Below, one piece after another: positions 1-6,040 of a stretch of 18,544 bases of DNA (position 1 is its first letter; every line of letters starts with the position of its first letter). A program made the position numbers and the translations under genes. The notes beneath the pieces are model-generated. The model was not told the origin of the DNA, ran no database searches, and worked only from the letters and a program-made list of their open reading frames with translations. The stretch covers positions 1 to 18,544 of the IMG/VR virus record IMGVR_UViG_3300045988_133636; one strand, 5' to 3'. This DNA comes from a virus.

Positions 1-78
1 GTAATAGGGGGTGTACTCATTTTTTATTTTTTCCCCCAATGGGGTGGTGGAAATGACGTAATTATTTCTATGGAAATT
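1..78. repeat. Left inverted terminal repeat (78 bp); presumed protein-primed replication origin
   Basis: Bases 1-78 are the exact reverse complement of 18467-18544, compared base by base. Identity breaks at position 79. ITRs together with a protein-primed family-B polymerase gene are the hallmark of phi29-like linear genomes. Confidence 0.97.
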
Positions 79-102
79 TATTTTATTTTTCTCAAAAATG
101 TG

Positions 103-131
103 TTGACATTAGGTTAAATATTTAGTATAAT
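103..131 (+). promoter_or_regulatory. Sigma-A type promoter for the left early genes
   Basis: TTGACA (103-108), 17-nt spacer, TATAAT (126-131). It lies just inside the left ITR and points at the first plus-strand ORFs. Confidence 0.8.
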
Positions 132-249
132 TATAAGTGTCAAGGGGGTTACACTTGACTAGTAAAATACAAATTTATAGTGGAGGTAGACTTCACTTAC
201 TGGTAACAATATCTTGTACAAAATAATTAATAAAATGGAGGAATTTAAA

Positions 250-615
250 ATGGCTAAATTTTTAAACAAATTAAAAGAGGAACAACAAGGGTGTGAATTA
301 TTTGAAGGCAGAGAAGCACTAAAAATTAATGCCTTATTAGGTAAGGAATTAACACTTAGCAACATTGATGTAGTTAAGAATATCACTGATAAATTCACAG
401 GAGAATTAAAATCTGTTATATTATTAGGATTTGAAGAATATCCAAAAAATTTCGTTTATGCTAATTCACCAATAACAAACTTTTTCTTAGGTGTAGCTGA
501 TGGTGATTTCAAAGGAATGAAAGAAGAAATCAAGGATAATCATATTACTGTAGAAGTTGAACAACTTCATAACAAGAAATATAATAATGATTATTTTTGG
601 TTAAAAGTTCTATAA
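250..615 (+). CDS. Hypothetical early protein (122 aa)
   Basis: ORF track 214-615. I prefer the ATG at 250 because GGAGG (237-241) lies 8 nt upstream, and neither the track start at 214 nor the ATG at 235 has an RBS. No motif recognised. Confidence 0.75.
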   Translation: MAKFLNKLKEEQQGCELFEGREALKINALLGKELTLSNIDVVKNITDKFTGELKSVILLGFEEYPKNFVYANSPITNFFLGVADGDFKGMKEEIKDNHITVEVEQLHNKKYNNDYFWLKVL

Positions 616-633
616 TTAAGGAGGAATTAAGAA

Positions 634-891
634 ATGGTTAATGAAATTTTATTATCTTTATTAGATGAAGAAAGAACAGTAAACAGAAAGGTTGCTTTAC
701 TTGCTAATGACGGAGTGAGAGAATACTCAAAAACAAATCCAATGGATATGGAGTATATGCCTAAGGTAGAACAAAAATTAAACTTTTTAGGTGTTAAGTA
801 TCAAAAGATGGAAACGCCTAAGAGATATATAATACAACTTTTAGAAGTTGAAAAAGAAGAAAAAGAAGAAAAAGAAGAAATAACTGAATAA
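634..891 (+). CDS. Hypothetical early protein with acidic EKE-repeat C-terminal tail (85 aa)
   Basis: AGGAGG RBS upstream of the ATG at 634. The C-terminus VEKEEKEEKEEITE is encoded by three tandem 9-bp units gaaaaagaa (852-878). A terminator follows. Confidence 0.75.
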   Translation: MVNEILLSLLDEERTVNRKVALLANDGVREYSKTNPMDMEYMPKVEQKLNFLGVKYQKMETPKRYIIQLLEVEKEEKEEKEEITE

Positions 892-895
892 TATT

Positions 896-920
896 AAGGA
901 GGTTAAAACCTCCTTTTTAT
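896..920 (+). terminator. Rho-independent terminator after the left early genes
   Basis: AAGGAGG..CCTCCTT stem (about 896-915) followed by a T run (914-918). Confidence 0.75.
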
Positions 921-930
921 TTAATTAATA

Positions 931-950
931 TGTGAACAAACTGTAAACAA
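931..950. promoter_or_regulatory. Copy 1 of a conserved 20-nt element TGTKAACAAANTGTAAAYAN
   Basis: TGTGAACAAACTGTAAACAA. It matches 16663-16682 and 18440-18459 at 16 invariant positions, in the same orientation on the plus strand. It lies between the terminator and the fibre module. Confidence 0.55.
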
Positions 951-987
951 AATTAACAAGTTATTAATAATTAAAGGAGGTGATAAA

Positions 988-1302
988 TTGATTAAAGTTG
1001 ATTATCACCTAAATATGGAGGTTTCACATGGTGATTCAGGTTGTTTATATTTTGGTAGTAATCCTTATGTTTTTGAAGGTGGGGAAGAAATAACATTTGA
1101 TGTATTTATAGGTGATGATGTTATATTCTCAAAGAAGTCAAGTATTGTAGATAGGGGATTATTATTTTTAGAATTAACAAAACCTGAAATTGAAAGTATT
1201 CCTATAGGTGATTTTAGTTATAGGGTGTTCGCTAAGTATGATAATGGTTCATTAAGTGAATATGTTATTAACTCAAAAGAATTTAAAGTTAAGGAGGGAT
1301 AA
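988..1302 (+). CDS. Hypothetical protein (104 aa), first gene of the fibre/appendage module
   Basis: TTG start at 988, preceded by AGGAGGTG (975-982). The stop at 1300-1302 is tightly followed by the next gene. No motif recognised. Confidence 0.65.
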   Translation: MIKVDYHLNMEVSHGDSGCLYFGSNPYVFEGGEEITFDVFIGDDVIFSKKSSIVDRGLLFLELTKPEIESIPIGDFSYRVFAKYDNGSLSEYVINSKEFKVKEG

Positions 1303-1304
1303 TT

Positions 1305-1544
1305 TTGGGATTCCTTAAACCATTTATAGGTGTTGCTGGTCCTAGAGGTCAAAAAGGTGACAAGGGAGAAAAAGGCGACATTGGGAAAAGAGGTCCAATA
1401 GGTCCAATAGGTCCAAGAGGTCCAGCGGGTCCACAAGGTCCAGCGGGTCCAGCGGGTCAAAATGGAGTTATTGAAAATTTAAGTTTTGAAATTGGAGAAG
1501 ATGGTCACTTGTATGTTACGGGTGCTAATAAAGGAGGAGAATAA
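1305..1544 (+). CDS. Collagen-like protein 1 (79 aa, about 14 Gly-X-Y triplets)
   Basis: TTG start 6 nt after AGGAGGG (1292-1298). It has an uninterrupted [43 protein letters not shown] tract and a short C-terminal [12 protein letters not shown] motif. Confidence 0.8.
   Translation: MGFLKPFIGVAGPRGQKGDKGEKGDIGKRGPIGPIGPRGPAGPQGPAGPAGQNGVIENLSFEIGEDGHLYVTGANKGGE
1392..1454 (+). repeat. Seven tandem 9-bp units (ggtccaNNN) encoding GP-X collagen triplets
   Basis: ggtccaata x2, ggtccaaga, ggtccagcg, ggtccacaa, ggtccagcg x2. The same ggtccagcgggtcc strings recur at about 1618-1645 and 1760-1810 in the next two genes. Confidence 0.9.
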
Positions 1545-1545
1545 A

Positions 1546-1731
1546 ATGGCTGTAAAACAAGGTGGAAAAATTGATTTAGGAAGTGTTGTGGGTCCTCAAG
1601 GTCCTAGAGGTGAAGCGGGTCCAGCGGGTCCAGCGGGTCCAGCGGGTGCTAAAGGAGATAAGGGAGATACGCCAAAATTTAGATTTACTGTTGAAGGTGG
1701 TCATTTATATATGGAGGAATTAACTGAATAA
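1546..1731 (+). CDS. Collagen-like protein 2 (61 aa, about 9 Gly-X-Y triplets)
   Basis: ATG at 1546, preceded by AGGAGGAG. This is in frame with track ORF 1486-1731, but the upstream part overlaps gene 1 and has no RBS. It contains GPQGPRGEAGPAGPAGPAGAKGDKGDT followed by FTVEGGHLYMEE, the same motif type as gene 1. Confidence 0.8.
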   Translation: MAVKQGGKIDLGSVVGPQGPRGEAGPAGPAGPAGAKGDKGDTPKFRFTVEGGHLYMEELTE

Positions 1732-2111
1732 TGGCTAAACATGATTTAGGCAATGTTCAAGGTCCAGCGGGTCCGATAGGTCCAATTGGTCCAATGGGTC
1801 CAGCGGGTCCTAGCGGTTTAACTGATATTAACACTGATAGAGAGGGTTTATTAGGCTCTATTGTGTTAGGTGAAAAAATATTAATCCAGTGGGGTTATTA
1901 TGCTATTACTAAAGGTGACGCATGGGAACGAATTAATATAAATAGACCATATAAAAACGGTAATTATAATGTACAAATATCTCCTTATTGGCGTGAGGAT
2001 TACCACGATATTTATTTAGGTGTAATTGAAACAGATGGTTTTAATGTGGCTTGTGTTGGTCAACCTAAAAATGAAATGGGTGTCTATTGGTTTACAATAG
2101 GCGAAATATAA
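1731..2111 (+). CDS. Collagen-like protein 3 with about 90-aa globular C-terminal domain (126 aa)
   Basis: The ATG overlaps the previous stop (TAATG). It contains [19 protein letters not shown] (6 triplets) followed by a non-repetitive domain. Confidence 0.8.
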   Translation: MAKHDLGNVQGPAGPIGPIGPMGPAGPSGLTDINTDREGLLGSIVLGEKILIQWGYYAITKGDAWERININRPYKNGNYNVQISPYWREDYHDIYLGVIETDGFNVACVGQPKNEMGVYWFTIGEI

Positions 2112-2114
2112 GAT

Positions 2115-2139
2115 AAGGGGGCATTGTCCCCCTTTGTTT
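2115..2139 (+). terminator. Hairpin, possibly a partial terminator, after the collagen genes
   Basis: AAGGGGG (2115-2121), loop CATTGT, CCCCCTT (2128-2134), then TGTTT. The T tract is interrupted, so read-through is likely. Confidence 0.45.
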
Positions 2140-2153
2140 AATGGAGGTAAAAA

Positions 2154-3947
2154 ATGAAAGATATATTAAATAAAATTGGTAAATGTAATGTTTCTTGTGA
2201 TTCTATTCGTTCTATATATCAATGGGATGGTTTAACATGGCAAGAATTAATCTGCAAAGTATTTGAAGGTGTTAATAACTGTATAGAAACCGTTAATAAA
2301 TACACTGGAATAATAGAAGAAGTTTTAAAATGGATAGCTAGTGAGGGTTTAGAAGAAGAAGTTAGAAAAGGCTTAGATAGAATAATTGAAGATGGCACAT
2401 TATCCGAAATTATTAATGGAGAAATTTTCGGTAATATTCAAGATAAGTTAAGAGAATTAGAAGGTTTAATCAATGAAAATAAAGAAGAAATAAAGGAAGT
2501 AAAATCTGAAATAGAAACATTAAAAAATGAAATATTAGAGGAAGTTAAAAAAGCTTTAAAAAACATTACTGAAAGAGTAGAAAAATTAGAAAACAAGCCC
2601 CAAACTACTCAATTTTTCATATTAAAAAACGCTGTAGATTATGGAGATTCAAGTATTATAAAAGCGGATGATGGTTCTTTTTCCATGATAGATTGTATGT
2701 GGGAAACAAACTGGGGGGCATTAGTGGAGCAATTAGAAAAGATTGGTGTTAAGAAATTAAAGTATTTATTTATCACTCATTTCCATAGTGACCACATAGG
2801 AAACGCCCCAGCGGTTATTAATAAATATAAACCTGATTATATTGTTTATAAATCAGGAATTGATTTTGATAGGTTACCCGCTGTTGAAAAAGAATGGGAC
2901 ACAAAAGGTTATTTTGAAAGAATGATACAAGCTTGTAAAGATAATGGAGTTCATGAAATAATAGCTGACGACCAAGAAATAAAAATCGGAATAAATGACA
3001 GTGTTCAATTATTTGGTTCTCACTTTTATGATTATAGTAATTTAAATGCAATGAGTGTAAACTATATGCTTAAATCTAAAGGAATTAAAGCGGTATTTCC
3101 AGGGGACAGTGCAAAAAGCACTGAATTAGCAATTAAGGATAAAGTAGGTAAAGTTGATTTTCTTAAATTATCTCACCACGGAGCGGATGGAGGTAATTCA
3201 GATGATTGGTTTAGTGTTTTACAGCCTGAATTTTGTATGATTAATAGGGTTGAACTTTATAAAATAGATATAGTTAAAAGTTTTGCTTTAAAAGCTATTA
3301 AATTCGGTGGTAAAGTTTATACTAACGATAATAATGATTTTTGTTCTTTTAATATTGATGATGGTTGTATTTACCCTACTTGTAAAGAATATCCATTCCC
3401 TTTACAGTTTTTAGATTACTGGGATGGGACTTATAAAATGACAGATACAACTGGAAAAATAGCGACAAAGGGAATTTACCCATACAAAACAGATTATTAT
3501 TTTGTTAAAGATAATGGATTTATTGCTCAAGGTCAATGGGTAAATTATCACGGTGTTGATTACTACGCAGATTCATCAGGAAGATTGGTAAGAAATGTTT
3601 TCATAGAGGGTACTGATAATGGTCACCCAGTTTGGTATTGGATTAATGAAAAATGCGAAATGGTTCTTGATTGGACATTTGTAAATTATAAAAATAATCT
3701 TTACATTATTAAAAATAATGGGATGATGTGTGATGATATGATAGTGGAATATCAAGGCGACCATTACAAGGCTACTAAGGGAGGTCCATTATTATTAAAT
3801 GATTGGTTTCAAGATGGTTCTGATTGGTATTATTTCAGATTTGATGGTCGAATGATTAAGAATAAAACATTAGTTATAAATGGGAAATGGTACACATTTG
3901 GTTCAGATGGGAAGTGTTCTAATCCTGATGGTGAACCAATAAGTTAA
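2154..3947 (+). CDS. Appendage/receptor-binding protein candidate: coiled coil + metallo-beta-lactamase-fold hydrolase + cell-wall-binding repeats (597 aa)
   Basis: GGAGG RBS. Residues about 60-150 are heptad-rich. It has an HFHSDH (HxHxDH) motif and a later LKLSHHGADGGNS signature typical of ComEC-type MBL hydrolases. The C-terminal 170 aa hold about seven 20-aa aromatic repeats (DYYFVKDNGFIAQGQW, VDYYADSSGRLVRN, DWYYFRFDGRMIKNKT, KWYTFGSDGKC) like CW_binding_1/choline-binding repeats. Confidence 0.8.
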   Translation: MKDILNKIGKCNVSCDSIRSIYQWDGLTWQELICKVFEGVNNCIETVNKYTGIIEEVLKWIASEGLEEEVRKGLDRIIEDGTLSEIINGEIFGNIQDKLRELEGLINENKEEIKEVKSEIETLKNEILEEVKKALKNITERVEKLENKPQTTQFFILKNAVDYGDSSIIKADDGSFSMIDCMWETNWGALVEQLEKIGVKKLKYLFITHFHSDHIGNAPAVINKYKPDYIVYKSGIDFDRLPAVEKEWDTKGYFERMIQACKDNGVHEIIADDQEIKIGINDSVQLFGSHFYDYSNLNAMSVNYMLKSKGIKAVFPGDSAKSTELAIKDKVGKVDFLKLSHHGADGGNSDDWFSVLQPEFCMINRVELYKIDIVKSFALKAIKFGGKVYTNDNNDFCSFNIDDGCIYPTCKEYPFPLQFLDYWDGTYKMTDTTGKIATKGIYPYKTDYYFVKDNGFIAQGQWVNYHGVDYYADSSGRLVRNVFIEGTDNGHPVWYWINEKCEMVLDWTFVNYKNNLYIIKNNGMMCDDMIVEYQGDHYKATKGGPLLLNDWFQDGSDWYYFRFDGRMIKNKTLVINGKWYTFGSDGKCSNPDGEPIS

Positions 3948-3950
3948 ATT

Positions 3951-3966
3951 TGTTTCACGTGAAACA
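3951..3966. promoter_or_regulatory. Perfect 16-bp palindrome TGTTTCACGTGAAACA, copy 1
   Basis: Exact palindrome starting 4 nt after the stop of 2154-3947. It is identical to copies at 3976, 9399 and 9425. Confidence 0.9.
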
Positions 3967-3975
3967 TTAATATTA

Positions 3976-3991
3976 TGTTTCACGTGAAACA
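3976..3991. promoter_or_regulatory. Perfect 16-bp palindrome TGTTTCACGTGAAACA, copy 2
   Basis: Exact repeat, 25 bp start-to-start from copy 1 and 20 nt upstream of the ATPase start codon. Confidence 0.9.
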
Positions 3992-4010
3992 TTAAAAGAA
4001 AGGAGTAATT

Positions 4011-5039
4011 ATGTATTTTGAATTAAAACCATATTTGGAAAAATACCCTAATAAATTTTATTACGCTTTTTTAGGTGGTAGAGGAACGGGAAAAAGTTTT
4101 GATATAAAGGATAATATATTTAATGATTTTATGGAAAAAGGAGAGCAGGCAATTGTATTAAGAAGGTATGTAAATCAGCTTGACGACATAAAAGAGAATT
4201 ACATGGATGATGTTATTTTAGAAAAATATCCTGATTTTATGAAGGATATTACTTATAAGCATGACGCTGTTTATTATCAGGACAAGCCTTTTATTTTCTT
4301 TATGGGATTAAATAGAAAAGGAGTAATGAAGGCGGGGGCTTTTCCTAAAGTTACTAAAATAGTTTATGAAGAATTTACCCCTCAAGCTGGTGAAAAATAT
4401 CTATCAAAGGAATATCAAAGATTGGAAACATTGGCAATCACTGTCGATAGATTTCAAGATAGAGTAACCTGTTTTCTTTTAGGTAATACAACTACTACCT
4501 ATAACCCAGTTTTTCAGGCTATGAAATGTTATCCACCACTTGATTTTTCTGTAAAAGAAAATAATGAAATAATGATTGCTAGGTTTCCAACTAATGAAGA
4601 ATTAGCTGAAAAACAAACTAATTCAAGGCTGGGGAGAGTAACAAAAAGGTCGGGAACATATTCATATAATATTCAAAATGAAAACTTGTCTAATGAAATG
4701 TTTAATGTAATACCTAAGAAAGAATTTTTTAAAATTCCTGAGGTTCAAAAGGATGTATTTAACCCAGTAATTACTTGTAAAATTGATGAAAATAAATATG
4801 TTAGATTATGGCAAGGAAATTCAAATATTTTATTTGTTGATATTACAAATAAAGCTTCAAATATTCAATGTTTTTATGATTTTGATTTCCAAAATAAAGA
4901 TAATGTGCATATCAGCATGATTGACCACCCAGTGCTAGAGGTTTTCACTTTTTTATATAAACAAGGTAGGGTATTTTTTAGTAATATTGAAGCTAAAACT
5001 TTCGGGGTACAAATATTTACATTTAATGACCCTATTTAA
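4011..5039 (+). CDS. DNA encapsidation (packaging) ATPase, phi29 gp16-like (342 aa)
   Basis: AGGAG RBS. Walker A is FLGGRGTGKS near the N-terminus and the Walker B-like segment is KIVYEEF. Size and layout match small-podovirus packaging ATPases. Confidence 0.8.
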   Translation: MYFELKPYLEKYPNKFYYAFLGGRGTGKSFDIKDNIFNDFMEKGEQAIVLRRYVNQLDDIKENYMDDVILEKYPDFMKDITYKHDAVYYQDKPFIFFMGLNRKGVMKAGAFPKVTKIVYEEFTPQAGEKYLSKEYQRLETLAITVDRFQDRVTCFLLGNTTTTYNPVFQAMKCYPPLDFSVKENNEIMIARFPTNEELAEKQTNSRLGRVTKRSGTYSYNIQNENLSNEMFNVIPKKEFFKIPEVQKDVFNPVITCKIDENKYVRLWQGNSNILFVDITNKASNIQCFYDFDFQNKDNVHISMIDHPVLEVFTFLYKQGRVFFSNIEAKTFGVQIFTFNDPI

Positions 5040-5068
5040 AAGCATGATAATTTTATCATGCTTTTTTC
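5038..5068 (+). terminator. Rho-independent terminator after the ATPase gene
   Basis: AGCATGAT (5041-5048) pairs with ATCATGCT (5055-5062), followed by TTTTTT (5063-5068). Confidence 0.8.
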
Positions 5069-5079
5069 TTTACTTAGTA

Positions 5080-5106
5080 TTGACATTATGTTATAATTAA
5101 TATAAC
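5080..5106 (+). promoter_or_regulatory. Possible promoter for the terminal protein-polymerase operon
   Basis: TTGACA (5080-5085). The best -10 is TATAAC (5101-5106) with a short 15-nt spacer. The position between the terminator and the next RBS fits. Confidence 0.5.
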
Positions 5107-5128
5107 GAATAAATGGAGGTTTTAAGTT

Positions 5129-6028
5129 ATGAGTAATAGAAATACAAGGAAACAGTATTATAATAGAGTTTATCAAGAATATCAAGTTAATGGCTGGGAT
5201 TTTGAGAAATTAGTTGGGAGATATAAACATGATACAATTATTAATAATCCTAATGCTTATGAGGTGTTTAAAAATAGAGTTATTAAAGACAGAAAGTTTA
5301 GAAAAGAAAGGGCAAAAATAGAAGAAGAATACAAACAAATTCAAGAAAAAAGTAAGAAACAAGGTTATGAAATAAGGCAAAAACAATATGAAGATATAGA
5401 CAGAAAAAAGATGATAAATGCGGAGAAAAAAGGATTTATCAATAAAAATAATGTATTTTTAAATAAGAAACAAGTTAAACAATTAAAAAATATTTATACG
5501 GAACATAAAGATTTATACAAAGTTTTTAAGGAAAAATTAATTGAAGATTACGGATTTAATAAAGATGATTTGGCATTATTGGAGGGGGAAATTTTACAAA
5601 GTAATAAGGGCAATACATTTCAATTACCTATTAATATTAAGGGATTCGAAAACTTTGAAAACTTATTAAATAGTTTTACATTACAGGGTAACGTGGATAA
5701 CCTAATTAAGATTTATAAAAAAGATGTTAAATCTTTAGAAGAAAATAGAATGACTATTAATGATAGAATAGAAGGAAAAGACTTTATAGATTTGTTTGAA
5801 CAATTACATGAGGATAGAGTTATCACTGAGGGTGAATTAATTGATTTAAAAAATATGATTGCACATACAAGGTTTACCACAAAAGAAGCTATTAGAAATC
5901 ATTTTGGGAAATTAACTAATCTAATAGAAAGTGACCCGCAAACGGGTGTTAAAATAAGGAATTATTATGCTACCTTAAAGAATTGGATAGTATTATTTGA
6001 TAAGGCTGATTATACAGTAAGAAGATAG
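5129..6028 (+). CDS. Putative terminal protein (299 aa)
   Basis: A basic, Lys-rich protein encoded immediately upstream of, and apparently co-transcribed with, the protein-primed polymerase. Its size is near phi29 TP (266 aa). The assignment is by position only; no sequence motif was recognised. Confidence 0.55.
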   Translation: MSNRNTRKQYYNRVYQEYQVNGWDFEKLVGRYKHDTIINNPNAYEVFKNRVIKDRKFRKERAKIEEEYKQIQEKSKKQGYEIRQKQYEDIDRKKMINAEKKGFINKNNVFLNKKQVKQLKNIYTEHKDLYKVFKEKLIEDYGFNKDDLALLEGEILQSNKGNTFQLPINIKGFENFENLLNSFTLQGNVDNLIKIYKKDVKSLEENRMTINDRIEGKDFIDLFEQLHEDRVITEGELIDLKNMIAHTRFTTKEAIRNHFGKLTNLIESDPQTGVKIRNYYATLKNWIVLFDKADYTVRR

Positions 6029-6040
6029 GAGATTTTTAAA

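Noticed and set aside
159-398. Antisense or overlapping ORFs from the track: 159-398(-), 2818-3051(-), 3576-3764(-), 8801-8998(-), 11206-11394(+), 13791-13988(-), 16662-16886(+)
   Set aside because: All lie opposite well-supported genes or inside control regions. They lack Shine-Dalgarno sequences and have the low-complexity, hydrophobic or AT-codon-biased composition expected by chance in an AT-rich genome.
1218-1460. 80-aa minus-strand ORF with WT-repeat sequence ([12 protein letters not shown]...)
   Set aside because: It is the antisense reading of the collagen Gly-Pro-X repeats. It has no RBS and an implausible composition, so it is an artefact of the repeat.
1486-1545. Upstream extension of the second collagen-like ORF (track start 1486)
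   Set aside because: It overlaps the end of gene 1 and has no RBS. The in-frame ATG at 1546 has AGGAGGAG just upstream.
1305-2111. Programmed frameshift or read-through joining the three collagen-like ORFs into one protein
   Set aside because: Each ORF has its own start codon. Genes 1 and 2 have clear Shine-Dalgarno sequences, and gene 3 starts by TAATG coupling. No slippery heptamer was noticed at the junctions.
3951-3991. CRISPR-like reading of the repeated 16-bp palindromes
   Set aside because: There are only two copies per locus, the spacers are 9-10 bp, and no cas genes are present. The geometry fits operators or hairpins, not a CRISPR array.
5092-5097. Perfect TATAAT as the -10 box of the TP/polymerase promoter
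   Set aside because: It lies only 6 nt from the TTGACA at 5080-5085. The spacing is incompatible, so the weaker TATAAC at 5101-5106 was used and the confidence lowered.
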